Positions 40,072-51,898 of a stretch of 64,000 bases of DNA are shown in pieces (position 1 is the stretch's first letter; each line of letters opens with the position of its first letter). The notes below the pieces were generated by a model. The model had not been told where the DNA came from and did not search any database. It saw only the letters and a program-made list of their open reading frames with translations. The position numbers and the translations under genes were made by a program. The stretch comes from Candidatus Brocadiia bacterium (GTDB lineage: Bacteria > Planctomycetota > Brocadiia > CAIUPP01), in assembly GCA_050015075.1 (NCBI GenBank), contig JBEKCB010000001.1, positions 1 through 64,000 of the forward strand, in the 5' to 3' direction.

Positions 40072-40836
40072 ATGAAAAACCATCTCTACCTGACATGCTC
40101 CCATTCTGAAGCGCTGATCGCCTCGCAGTTGGAGCCGGCGGATTTCGGCACGTACATGGCGGTCGGCACGGAGAAACTGACGCTGGGGCAGTTGACGTTC
40201 TTCGAGATCAATCCCGACCTGAAGAGCGACTACTTCGACCTCGCCCGCGCCCGGAAGGAGTGCGTGCCGCACCCGGACGGCCGGCCGAAGGCCAGCCTCT
40301 ACATCTCCATTTACCGGGCGATGGAACACGTCGGCCTGGCGGATTACGGGACGCTCTATCTCGTCACCCGGCAAGGCCGCGTCCTGGGAATTGCGCCTCA
40401 GGCATATTCTGCGGCGAGTGACACGTCGGAGACGCACCTGTACCAGGAACTCTGCCCCGTCTGCCCGCTGATCGTCTCTTCGCTGCCGCCGAGCGTTTTC
40501 TGCCGGTTCATCACCGACCCGCAGAACGCCGTCCACGTGCCGCGCATCTTCTTCGCCGACCTGCGCGTGGACCGCGACTCGGCCGGGCGCCTGGCCGGCA
40601 CGCTGCCCTACGCCCATCCGAAGCATATCGAATCGTGCATCGAGGAACTCGAATCGGGCAAGGGCAAAAAGACCAAGACCGTGGACCGCGAGCACTCGAT
40701 GAATCTCTTCTACCGCACCGTCCGCCGCGGGTTCTACCTGGGCGACCAGACCGGCGCGAAGTACTATCCGTTCCCGACGCCGGACGAACTCGACGACACG
40801 CACCACGTGTGGTGGAAGTCGGCTTCAATGGGATAA
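40072..40836 (+). CDS. Conserved hypothetical protein with an internal duplication
   Basis: Typical codon usage and a two-fold internal repeat (HLYLTC..LIASQLEPADF versus HLYQELCP..LIVSSLPPSVF). Confidence 0.8.
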   Translation: MKNHLYLTCSHSEALIASQLEPADFGTYMAVGTEKLTLGQLTFFEINPDLKSDYFDLARARKECVPHPDGRPKASLYISIYRAMEHVGLADYGTLYLVTRQGRVLGIAPQAYSAASDTSETHLYQELCPVCPLIVSSLPPSVFCRFITDPQNAVHVPRIFFADLRVDRDSAGRLAGTLPYAHPKHIESCIEELESGKGKKTKTVDREHSMNLFYRTVRRGFYLGDQTGAKYYPFPTPDELDDTHHVWWKSASMG

Positions 40837-40900
40837 AACAAGGGCGGAAGGACGAATGCGCATTCGTCCTGCCGCCCTCAACGTTCGATTCGCGTTCAGC

Positions 40901-43486
<2,586 letters not shown>

Positions 43487-43601
43487 TTCAGTCCTTTCTT
43501 CTATCTGACCGGTGGTTCCGGAGGAAAACGGGAAGCAAAAACGGGGGTACTATAACGCACCGGCCCGGCCGAATGCAACCCTACTGCCGTCCGCGCAACC
43601 C

Positions 43602-43739
43602 ATCGTCCTCGACCTACCGTAACCAATCGTCCTCGTCGTCGTCCTCGTCCTAGCGCAACCAATCGTCCTCGTCCTCGTCGTCGTCCTCGCCCTCGAACGT
43701 CCGTAACGAACGGCCGAGGACGAGGACGAGGACGAGCAC
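43602..43739. repeat. Low-complexity CGTCCT/GAGGAC inverted repeat cluster
   Basis: Three ATCGTCCTCG blocks followed by (GAGGAC)n reverse-complement arms. Confidence 0.7.
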
Positions 43740-43746
43740 GGCGCTC

Positions 43747-43795
43747 GCAGTGTGCCCGTCAGGGCATACGAAGTAGCGCCTGACGGCGCCACTAC
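43747..43795 (-). repeat. 49-bp GTAG-type REP-like element, copy 4
   Basis: Same sequence family as the 13485 element. Confidence 0.85.
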
Positions 43796-43805
43796 GAGCG
43801 CGGCC

Positions 43806-43937
43806 TCATTCCCGCGAAGGCAGGAATCCAAGCGATCTGCGTGCGTGTTCCTCGCCGACGGAGGGCTTGCCCGCCGAAGGCGGGTTCTGGATTCCTTCTC
43901 CCCGATCAGAGTCGGGGACAGGCTTCGAGGGAATGAC
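43806..43937. repeat. CATTCCC...GGAATCCA / TGGATTCC...GGGAATGAC REP doublet
   Basis: TCATTCCCGCGAAGGCAGGAATCCA from 43806 with an inverted partner ending GGGAATGAC near 43936. A related half-element GTCATTCCGAGCGGAGCGAGGAATCT lies at 49801. Confidence 0.65.
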
Positions 43938-44636
43938 GGAAGGAGTTTCAGCGGGGTTTTCGCCGGAAATTGGATTCGTTTTTTCAAATCGCTTTTGCGC
44001 AGTATTCCCCTGCGCGTCAGCCTCTTGCGACTTCTCAGGCTCGGGCGCCTGCGGCTGCTCCGGCGAAGCGGATTCCGCCTCGGGTCCTATTTCCGCATCA
44101 ACCTGCACGGTCACATCGGCGACGACCGGCGGCGGCACGTTCTCTCCCGCGCGCAGCCGCTGATACCGCTCGATCTCGTGAAGCGTTTTCAGAAACTGGT
44201 TCGTCAGACGCACATTGTACAGGCCGATGAGCTCGACCATGCGCTGGAATTCCGGCTCTCTGAAAATCACGACCCGCTCGCCGCGCTTGCGCCTCTTCGC
44301 CAACTCCTTGACCGCGTACGGGTCCTGCTGCACGGTCGGTTCCTGCCAGGTGCGGACGTGGTATTCCGCCTCAGCCCGGGCGCACCGCTGCATGCGCAGA
44401 TAGGTCATCGCCAGCGTCTCGACCAGCATTTCCTCCACCCGGCCGGCCGGCTGCAGGTCGGCGACGAGGTCCTCTTCGATGACGCGGAGTTCCTCCGAGT
44501 CCTCCGGCGTCAGCGCCGCGGCGAAGATGCCGTGCCGGCGCGCGTTCAGGCGCGAAATCGCTTTCCCTTCGGGCGTCCTGACGCCTGCCTTCAGCGCATT
44601 CTCCCGATTCGCCGCGACCTGTGCCGTCGAAGCCAT
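43806..44636 (-). CDS. Hypothetical protein (AANRENA...TPEGK...NA..HG family)
   Basis: GGAGG RBS before ATG 44636 and N-terminal motif MASTAQVAANRENALKAGVRTPEGKAISRLNARRHG. The C-terminus runs through a REP doublet. Confidence 0.75.
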   Translation of the reverse strand: MASTAQVAANRENALKAGVRTPEGKAISRLNARRHGIFAAALTPEDSEELRVIEEDLVADLQPAGRVEEMLVETLAMTYLRMQRCARAEAEYHVRTWQEPTVQQDPYAVKELAKRRKRGERVVIFREPEFQRMVELIGLYNVRLTNQFLKTLHEIERYQRLRAGENVPPPVVADVTVQVDAEIGPEAESASPEQPQAPEPEKSQEADAQGNTAQKRFEKTNPISGENPAETPSVIPSKPVPDSDRGEGIQNPPSAGKPSVGEEHARRSLGFLPSRE

Positions 44637-45115
44637 AGCCGTTGCCTCCACCAAAACCGGTTTAGAGACCGTCAAAAACGTTTGGAACCACAGATGGACA
44701 CAGATGAACACAGATACGAAGACTTAAAAACGTTTGAAACCGCCGATGGACCGAGAGCGCGCAGTGTACTGCGCGCATGATGAACGCCGATACGAATTGT
44801 TTTTGAATTTCCTATCGGCGTTCATCGGCGTCCATCGGCGGTTAAAATATGTTCTCGTTGCCGTACATTATAAGTCCGGTTTTGCGCCGCGGACCGGGCG
44901 GGAGAAGTGGGTGCGCTTGCCAGCGGGTTCGGTGCGCTTCGGAGCGGCTTGAGTGCGCTTCAGTGCGCTTCGCAGCGGTTTCAGTGCGCTTTTTCCGGCG
45001 ACCTGGATTTGACAAGGGGTCGCATTTCCGCCGGCGGCTCCTTGTAGTGCGCCCGGCGGCGGACTATAATCGGCTGTGGAGCGGCAAACTCTGCGAACAT
45101 CCTGGAGGGACACGA

Positions 45116-45895
45116 ATGGCGACCGGCGAGCGGCACGACCTGGCGGTGTTCATTGACTTCGAGAATATCGCGCTGGGCATGCGCGGGCGGGCGGACCAGG
45201 TGTTCCACATCCAGCGCGTCCTGCAGCGGCTGCTCGAGAAGGGCAACATCCTCGTCAAGCGCGCGTACGCCGACTGGTCGCGCTTCGGCTCGTACACCAA
45301 GCCCTTCCACGAGGCGGCGATCGAGCTGCTCGAAGTCCCGCGCCGCGGCGATTCCGGGAAGAACTCCGCCGATATCCGCATGTGCGTGGACGCGATGGAC
45401 CTCTGCTACGCCAAGGAGCACATTGACACCTTCGTCCTCGTCTCCGGCGACAGCGATTTCTCGCCGCTGGTCTCGAAGCTGCGGGAGAACGGGAAGCGCG
45501 TGATCGGGCTGGGCCTGCGCGGCTCGACTTCGGAGCTGCTCGTGGCCAACTGCGACGAGTTCATCTTCTACGAATCGCTCGAGCCGCAACCGGCCCCCAA
45601 GCCGGAAGGAGGCGAAGGCGCGCCGGTGGACAAGGAGTCGCTGATGGACCTTATCGCGCAGACGGTGGCGGCGCTGCTGCGCGAGGGGCGCGACCCGATC
45701 CAGGCCTCGCTCGTCAAGGACACCATCAAGCGCAAGCAGCCGTCGTTCAGCGAGAGCGAGTACGGCTACAATTCGTTCACCGCCGCGCTCGAGGACGCCA
45801 TGAACCGCAAGCTGATCCTCCTGCGCGAGGACCCGCGCAGCGGCACGTACCTGGTCAACCTCGCGAAAGCGCCGGCGTCGCGATCTCGACGGTGA
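45116..45895 (+). CDS. NYN (LabA/DUF88) domain protein with a C-terminal OST-HTH/LOTUS domain
   Basis: FIDFEN, RAYADW, GKNSADI, SGDSDF, CDEFIFY and PSFSESEYGYNSF. Confidence 0.92.
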   Translation: MATGERHDLAVFIDFENIALGMRGRADQVFHIQRVLQRLLEKGNILVKRAYADWSRFGSYTKPFHEAAIELLEVPRRGDSGKNSADIRMCVDAMDLCYAKEHIDTFVLVSGDSDFSPLVSKLRENGKRVIGLGLRGSTSELLVANCDEFIFYESLEPQPAPKPEGGEGAPVDKESLMDLIAQTVAALLREGRDPIQASLVKDTIKRKQPSFSESEYGYNSFTAALEDAMNRKLILLREDPRSGTYLVNLAKAPASRSRR

Positions 45896-45899
45896 TTTT

Positions 45900-46052
45900 T
45901 ACCACCAAGACACCACGGCACCAAGAACGGCAACTGATATTGCAACCACGGAACACACGGAAGACACTGAAGCTGTTTAGGAAATTCATTCCGTGTGCTC
46001 CGTGTATTCCGTGGTGGCAGCCGTTGTTTCTTTGTCCCTTGGTAACTTGGCG
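45900..46052 (-). repeat. Single reverse copy of the CCACGGAATACACGG nested inverted-repeat element
   Basis: Reverse-complement match to the 16820 and 58893 units, lying between convergent genes. Confidence 0.85.
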
Positions 46053-46054
46053 TT

Positions 46055-47068
46055 TTATGAAGGACGCGCGACGCGCACGAGCTGCTTCCCGATGTTCTGC
46101 CCGGTGAACAGCCCGATGAACGCCTTCGGCGCGTTCTCGATGCCGTCGGTGATCGTCTCGCGGTACGTGATGCGGCCTTCCCGGATCCACTGCGCCATCT
46201 GCCGCAGGCCTTCGGGGAAGCGGTCGGTGAACTGGTAGACCATGAAGCCCTCCGCGCGCGCCCGCTGCGCCAACAGCCGCCAGAGCACCCGCGGCCCGCG
46301 CGCCAGCGTGCGGTTGTTGTACTGCGAGATCTGCCCGCACACCACGACCCGCGCACCGGCGGCCAGGCTCCCGAACGCCGCGTCACTCACCGGGCCGCCC
46401 ACGTTGTCGTAGAAGATGTTCAGGCCGTCCGGACACATCTCCTCGAGCTTCGCCGCGTAGTCGCGGACCTCCTTGTGATTGAACGCTCCGTCGAAGCGCA
46501 GTTCCTTCTCGAGGTAGGCGACCTTCTCGTCGGAGCCGGTCGAGCCGAAGACGCGGCAGCCCTTGAGCCGCGCGATCTGGCCGACCAGCGAGCCGACCGC
46601 GCCGGCGGCGCCGGAGATGAACACCGTCTCGCCCTCCTTCGGGCGGCCGATCTCCAGCAGGCCGAAATACGCCGTCATGCCCGGCATGCCCAGCACGCCG
46701 AGCGCGGTGGAGACCGGCGCGACGGAGGCGTCCACGCGCCGCACGCCCTGGCCGTCGGAGACGGCGTACTCCTGCCAGCCCCATTCGCCTGCGACGGCAT
46801 CGCCGGGATGATAGTCCGGATGCTTCGACTCGACGACCGTCCCGACCGCGCCGCCGAGCATCACGTCGCCGATGTTCGTCGGCTCGGCGTACGATTCATC
46901 GCTGATGCGGATGCGCATGTACGGGTCCACGGAAAAGAACTCCGTCCGCACCAGGAACGTCCCTGCGTGCAGCGGCGGCAGCGTACGCTCGACCAGCTTG
47001 AAGTCCGACTCCTGCGGCACGCCCTCCGGCCGCGCGGCCAGAATGACCTGACGATTCTTCACCGCCAT
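46055..47068 (-). CDS. NADP-dependent oxidoreductase (CurA/PTGR family)
   Basis: SVDPYMR, GMPGMTAYFGL, ISGAAGAVGS, DNVGG and CGQISQYN. Confidence 0.92.
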   Translation of the reverse strand: MAVKNRQVILAARPEGVPQESDFKLVERTLPPLHAGTFLVRTEFFSVDPYMRIRISDESYAEPTNIGDVMLGGAVGTVVESKHPDYHPGDAVAGEWGWQEYAVSDGQGVRRVDASVAPVSTALGVLGMPGMTAYFGLLEIGRPKEGETVFISGAAGAVGSLVGQIARLKGCRVFGSTGSDEKVAYLEKELRFDGAFNHKEVRDYAAKLEEMCPDGLNIFYDNVGGPVSDAAFGSLAAGARVVVCGQISQYNNRTLARGPRVLWRLLAQRARAEGFMVYQFTDRFPEGLRQMAQWIREGRITYRETITDGIENAPKAFIGLFTGQNIGKQLVRVARPS

Positions 47069-47188
47069 GGCACTTGCTCCTTTATCTCGTCACATGAAGG
47101 GCACGAAGAACAGCCGATGAAATCAACATCTTCGATCAAGTCCTTCGCGCCCTTCGTGTCCTTCGTGGTGAAACATTGCCTGCGCCGC

Positions 47189-47806
47189 TTACTTAGCGCG
47201 CAGGGCCTTCGTGATTTCCGCCACGCGTTTTCCCAGCACCTCGGCGACGCCCAGCTCTTCCGGCGTGGGCTTTCGGGTGTTCTCCGGACCGGCCACGGTC
47301 GTCGGCCCGTACGGCGTTCCGCCGCGGCCGTCGGTGTGCAGCAGGCCCGGCGTCGAGTAGGGCACGCCGACGATGATCATTCCCAGGTGGATCAGCGGCG
47401 GCACCATGGAGAGCATCGTGGTCTCCTGTCCGCCGTGCATCGTGGCGGTCGAGCTGAAAACTCCCGTCGGCTTCCCCTCGAACGCGCCTTCCAGCCACAG
47501 CGCGCCGGTCGAGTCAATCAGCCGCTTCATCTGCGCGATCATATTGCCGTAGCGCGTCGGCGTGCCCCAGATGATCCCGTCGGCCGACTTCAGGTCGTCG
47601 AGCGTGCAGACCGGAATGTCCTTCTGCTGCTCCCAGACCGGCTTGCTGTGCTTGCCCGTCTTGATCTGCTCCTCCTCGTCGGCGAACTCCGCCACGCGCC
47701 GGAGGCACGCCTCGACGCCCTTGACCGACTTCACGCCCTTCTCCACCGCGCGCGCCAGTTGCAGAATGTGGCCGTACCGCGAGTAATAGACGATGAGGAC
47801 CTTCAT
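47189..47806 (-). CDS. wrbA: NAD(P)H:quinone oxidoreductase WrbA
   Basis: YYSRYGH, GTPTRYGN, STATMHGGQETT and GGTPYG. GGAGG RBS. Confidence 0.93.
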   Translation of the reverse strand: MKVLIVYYSRYGHILQLARAVEKGVKSVKGVEACLRRVAEFADEEEQIKTGKHSKPVWEQQKDIPVCTLDDLKSADGIIWGTPTRYGNMIAQMKRLIDSTGALWLEGAFEGKPTGVFSSTATMHGGQETTMLSMVPPLIHLGMIIVGVPYSTPGLLHTDGRGGTPYGPTTVAGPENTRKPTPEELGVAEVLGKRVAEITKALRAK

Positions 47807-48109
47807 GTTCGGCCTCCTTGCACGTTGATTGTCCTTGAATCCCGCGCACCCCAGTGCGCCGGCCCGCGTCCACGATGCTATCACTACGCAGGCGGGCACG
47901 CAAGGAATTTTCCGGCCGCCGAATGCGCTCTTCCACCACGACGGCAACGTCTTTCACCACGACGACACAACGAGCACTACGGTAACGGCATTTATGGCTT
48001 CTACTCTTATTGACGTTCGTCGTGCGTCGTTCGTCGTGCTCGTCGCGTCGTCGTGGTGAGTTTACGGATTGGCTTGACTCGGGCCGGCGCGCGCGGTCTA
48101 ATATCTGCC

Positions 48110-48520
48110 ATGATGGAACGCGTCGCCATATCGCTCGAGAAGAAGCTGCTGGATCAGTTCGACCGGCTGATGGCGGGAAAAGGGTATTCGAACCGCTCCG
48201 AGGCCGTGCGCGACCTGATCCGCGAGAAGCTCGTCGAGCGCGAGTGGGCCGCGCCCGCCGGCGAGACCGTGGCCACCGTGCTGCTCGTCTACGAGCATGA
48301 CACGATGGAGCTTTCGCAGAAACTGGCGAACCTGGAGCACAAGCAATACCGCCGGATCGTGGCGGGCCTGCACATCCACATGGACCCGGAGAACTGCCTG
48401 GAAATCCTCGTCCTGCGCGGCCCGGGCAAGACGATCCAACGGCTCGGCGAGCGGCTGATCAGCCTGCGCGGCGTGAAGCACGGCCGGTTCATCCCGGGCA
48501 CCGTCGGGGCGCGGATCTAA
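48110..48520 (+). CDS. nikR: Nickel-responsive regulator NikR
   Basis: RHH N-terminus (RVAISL...NRSEAVRDLIR) and Ni ligands H..HIH..C (LHIHMDPENCLE). Confidence 0.93.
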   Translation: MMERVAISLEKKLLDQFDRLMAGKGYSNRSEAVRDLIREKLVEREWAAPAGETVATVLLVYEHDTMELSQKLANLEHKQYRRIVAGLHIHMDPENCLEILVLRGPGKTIQRLGERLISLRGVKHGRFIPGTVGARI

Positions 48521-48531
48521 CCGGCGTTTCT

Positions 48532-48688
48532 TACCACCAAGACACCAAGACACTAAGAGACAACGTCTTTCACCACGGAATACACGAAGCACACCGAATG
48601 ACTTTCCTAAACAGTTTCAGTGTCTTCAGTGTGTTCCGTGGTTGCGATATCCGTTTGCGTTCTTGGTATCTTAGTGTCTTGGTGGTTG
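48532..48688 (+). repeat. Single copy of the CCACGGAATACACG nested inverted-repeat element
   Basis: Outer arms ACCACCAAGACAC / GTGTCTTGGTGGT and inner arms CCACGGAATACAC / GTGTTCCGTGG. Confidence 0.85.
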
Positions 48689-48709
48689 AAAAGGCGCTCT
48701 GATTTATGG

Positions 48710-48770
48710 TTGACTCGCTCCGCCTCGTTTCGTAAAATATGTTAATACGAAATCGAAAATCGTAGTCAAC
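48710..48770 (+). promoter_or_regulatory. Promoter of the Ni/Co transporter operon with a candidate NikR operator
   Basis: TTGACT (48710-48715), 17 bp, TAAAAT (48733-48738). Overlapping dyads are TTTCGTA-N11-TACGAAA and TAATAC-N13-GTAGTC. Confidence 0.7.
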
Positions 48771-48786
48771 TCACGTGGGGTCTCGC

Positions 48787-49455
48787 ATGCACATTCCGGA
48801 CGCATACCTCAGCGCGCCGGTTTTCGCGGCGGGCTACGTCGTCTCCGGCGCGGTCTGCGCGGTGGCGGTCGCGCGCGCGAACCGCAACCTGGGCGAGCGG
48901 GAAGTGCCGCTGCTCGGCATGACGGCGGCATTCATCTTCGCGGTCCAGACGCTCAATTTCCCCGTGGTCGGCGGGACGAGCGGTCATTTCCTGGGCTCGA
49001 CCTTCGCCGCGGTGCTGCTGGGGCCGCTGAACGCCTGCCTGGTGATGGCGGTCGTCCTGCTCATCCAGTGCCTGGGTTTCGGCGACGGCGGGCTGACGGC
49101 GCTCGGCGCCAATCTCTTCAACATGGGCATCGTCGGCGCCCTCGGCGGCTGGCTGCTGTTCCGCGCGCTGCGGGCGGTCCTTCCGAAGAGCCGCTGGGGA
49201 TTCCTCGCCTCGGCGGGCGCGGCATCCTGGGTGGCGATGGTCGTCGCATCCGCCATCTGCGCCGGCGAGCTGGCCGCGTCGGGGCCGCCTTTCCAGTTGC
49301 GAGTCGCGTTGCCGGCCATGGCCGGCGTCCACGCGCTCATCGGCATCGGCGAGGCCGTGATCACGGTCGCGGCGCTCTCGTCGGTCCTGGCGGTTCGGCC
49401 GGACCTGGTCGCGGCGTGGGACCGGACGCCGAAGCTCGAGGAGGCCCGGCCATGA
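48787..49455 (+). CDS. cbiM: Ni/Co ECF transporter substrate-binding component (CbiM/NikM)
   Basis: MHIPD metal-binding N-terminus, GTSGH, DGGLTALGAN and HALIGIGE. Confidence 0.92.
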   Translation: MHIPDAYLSAPVFAAGYVVSGAVCAVAVARANRNLGEREVPLLGMTAAFIFAVQTLNFPVVGGTSGHFLGSTFAAVLLGPLNACLVMAVVLLIQCLGFGDGGLTALGANLFNMGIVGALGGWLLFRALRAVLPKSRWGFLASAGAASWVAMVVASAICAGELAASGPPFQLRVALPAMAGVHALIGIGEAVITVAALSSVLAVRPDLVAAWDRTPKLEEARP

Positions 49456-49781
49456 CGCGGAGAGTGTGGGGATTCGTCCTCGCCGGGCTGCTGGTCAGCG
49501 TTCTGCTGGCCGCGTTCGTTTCGCCGTTCGCCTCGCAGGCGCCCGAGGTGCTGGAAAAACTCGCCAAGGACCACAGGTTCGCGGAAAAAGGCGAGGGCCA
49601 CGCGGCGTGGCAGCATCCGCTGATGCCGGACTACAAGGTCCCCGGCGTCCGGAGCGAATCGGTCGGCACGGCGCTCGCCGGAATCGCCGGCACGCTGCTG
49701 GTCTTCGGGGTCGCCTTCGGCGCAGCGAGGCTGATCTCCCGGAAGCGGCCCGCCGTGCCTGAAGGACAACAACGGCTTTGA
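49452..49781 (+). CDS. NikN/PDGLE-domain transporter component
   Basis: ATGA overlap with cbiM, two TM helices, SPFASQAPEVLE and LMPDY. Confidence 0.82.
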   Translation: MTRRVWGFVLAGLLVSVLLAAFVSPFASQAPEVLEKLAKDHRFAEKGEGHAAWQHPLMPDYKVPGVRSESVGTALAGIAGTLLVFGVAFGAARLISRKRPAVPEGQQRL

Positions 49782-49838
49782 CGGGATAACAGGATAGACC
49801 GTCATTCCGAGCGGAGCGAGGAATCTCACACGGCGCTT

Positions 49839-49887
49839 GTAGTGGCGCCGTCAGGCGCTATTCCGTATGCCCTGACGGGCACACTAC
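49839..49887 (+). repeat. 49-bp GTAG-type REP-like element, copy 5
   Basis: Same sequence family; lies inside the transporter operon. Confidence 0.85.
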
Positions 49888-50007
49888 GAGCAGAATGACG
49901 CGGGTTGTGCTTATGCGTATTGTTTTGCCGGACGGCACGCCGGATATGAGAACAGAAAAATCCTTTCGATCCTGCAATTCTGTCCGGTCGTTCGTTCGAG
50001 GGCAGAA

Positions 50008-50775
50008 GTGAGACACGCCTTTCTCGACCAATATTCCGCGCTCGAAAGCCCGGTCCATCGGCTGGACGCGCGGGCGAAGATCATCGCCTTCCTCGCGCTC
50101 ATCGTGATCGCGGTGAGCACGCCGCCGGAGGCCTGGACGGCGTTCCTCGGATACGGCGCGTTCCTCTTTGTCATGGCCGCGGCCTCGTGCCTGCCGGTCG
50201 GACATATTCTGCGGCGGGCGTGGGTCATCGTTCCGTTCGTCGCGATGACCGCGATTTTCATCCCCTTCATGAAAACCGGCGGCGCGGGCGGCGGGTACAG
50301 TTTCGGCGTCGGGTCGCCGGGCGTCCAGCGGTCGGGGATGATGATCTTCTGGAACCTGCTGATCAAATCCGGCATCGCGGTCTTCTCGATGATCCTGCTC
50401 TCCTCGACCACGCCGTTTCCGAGCCTGATGCGCGGGTTCGAGCGGCTGAAGGCGCCGCGGGTGATGGTGATGCTCGCCAGCTTCGCGTACCGGTACATCT
50501 TCGTGCTCGTGGATGAGGCGGAGCGGATGGAGCGCGCGCGGGACTCGCGCTGCTACGCCGGGCGGTGGCTGTGGCACGCGAAAGTGATCGGGCAGATGAT
50601 CGGCACGCTTTTCCTGCGCAGCTACGAGCGCGCCGAGCGCGTGTACGTGGCGATGGCCTCGCGCGGGTTCGACGGCCGGATCGTGACGCCGGCGGAGGCG
50701 CGCATGGCGGCGGCCGACGGCGCGTTCGTCGCCGCATCGGTGGGATTCTTCGTGGCGCTGAGGGTGTGGACATGA
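50008..50775 (+). CDS. cbiQ: ECF transporter T component (CbiQ/NikQ)
   Basis: SPVHRLDARAK, YRYIFVL and LFLRSYERAERVYVAMASRGF. Confidence 0.92.
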   Translation: MRHAFLDQYSALESPVHRLDARAKIIAFLALIVIAVSTPPEAWTAFLGYGAFLFVMAAASCLPVGHILRRAWVIVPFVAMTAIFIPFMKTGGAGGGYSFGVGSPGVQRSGMMIFWNLLIKSGIAVFSMILLSSTTPFPSLMRGFERLKAPRVMVMLASFAYRYIFVLVDEAERMERARDSRCYAGRWLWHAKVIGQMIGTLFLRSYERAERVYVAMASRGFDGRIVTPAEARMAAADGAFVAASVGFFVALRVWT

Positions 50776-51560
50776 GCGGGTCCAACTTGTCCGCCACAGC
50801 TCTCGCTCTTCGCAGCTCCGCTGCTTCGGCGGGCGAAGAAGAGTCAGCGACGGCGGACGACGCCGTGATCCAGGTGAACGCGCTTTCCTTCACCTACCCG
50901 GACGGGCAGCGCGCGCTCGACAGGCTTTCGCTGGCGGTGCGCGACGGCGAGAAGGTCGGCCTGATCGGCGCCAACGGCGCGGGGAAATCCACGCTTCTGC
51001 TGCACCTCAACGGCATCCTGCCGTGCAACGGCCGCGTGCGCGTGCTCGGGATGAAAGTCGAGAAGCCCAACCTGAAGACGGTCCGGCAGTCGGTCGGCCT
51101 CGTTTTCCAGAACCCCGACGACCAGCTCTTCTGCCCGACCGTCGGCGACGACGTGGCCTTCGGCCCGAGGCAACTGCGGCTGCCGGAGGCGGAAATCGCC
51201 GCGCGCGTGGAGCAGAGCCTGGCGGCGGTCGGCCTGCGCGGTTTCGAGGCGCGCAGCGCGTTTCACATGAGCTTCGGCGAGAAGAAGCGCGTGGCCATCG
51301 CGACGGTGCTCGCCATGAACCCGAAGGTGCTTGTCCTCGACGAGCCGACGAGCAACCTGGATCCGCGGTCGCGCAAGGAACTCATCCGGCTGCTGCGCCG
51401 GCTCGGCGGCACGCAGATCATCGCCTCGCACGACCTGGACCTCGTCCGGACGCTGTGCGACCGCGCGGTGCTGCTGTCGAAGGGCAAGGCCGTCGCGGAG
51501 GGCGAGCCGGCCAAGATTCTCGGCGACGTTGCGCTGCTGGAGGCACATGGGTTGGAATAG
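50772..51560 (+). CDS. cbiO: ECF transporter ATPase (CbiO/NikO)
   Basis: GANGAGKST, VFQNPDDQLF, SFGEKKR, LDEP and SHD. ATGA overlap with cbiQ. Confidence 0.92.
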   Translation: MSGSNLSATALALRSSAASAGEEESATADDAVIQVNALSFTYPDGQRALDRLSLAVRDGEKVGLIGANGAGKSTLLLHLNGILPCNGRVRVLGMKVEKPNLKTVRQSVGLVFQNPDDQLFCPTVGDDVAFGPRQLRLPEAEIAARVEQSLAAVGLRGFEARSAFHMSFGEKKRVAIATVLAMNPKVLVLDEPTSNLDPRSRKELIRLLRRLGGTQIIASHDLDLVRTLCDRAVLLSKGKAVAEGEPAKILGDVALLEAHGLE

Positions 51561-51640
51561 CGGTTGACGGGCTTGACAGGGCGCGTCATTATGCTACGCT
51601 GCCCGTCAGGCAGGATGAATAATGCGATGGGGAGCACGCG

Positions 51641-51898
51641 ATGCCCACGATTCTGACGCTCTTGGGCTGGCGGTTTTTCTTTTACGCCAACGAAAAGAAC
51701 GAACCGATCCATATCCATTGTCAAAAGGCAGAGGCCGAGGCCAAATACTGGCTTGATGTGGATTCTTTCGAAGTGATCGAGGCGCATAGCTACAATATGA
51801 ACTCGGCGGACAAGAGGACTGTCAGAAGGATTATCTTTGAGCACTTCGACTATATTGTCGCTGAATGGAATCGCTGGCAGGAGATGACAAATGGATAA
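51641..51898 (+). CDS. DUF4160-family putative toxin
   Basis: MPTIL..GWRFFFYANE..EPIHIH...AKYWL pattern; low GC. Confidence 0.82.
   Translation: MPTILTLLGWRFFFYANEKNEPIHIHCQKAEAEAKYWLDVDSFEVIEAHSYNMNSADKRTVRRIIFEHFDYIVAEWNRWQEMTNG

Noticed and set aside
44905-44995. GTGCGCTT short tandem repeats as possible iterons
   Set aside because: Spacing is irregular and no rep or par gene is nearby, so they are treated as a low-complexity intergenic repeat.
45116-45895. NYN ribonuclease as part of a defence system
   Set aside because: It is a common stand-alone LabA/DUF88 architecture with no adjacent defence genes.
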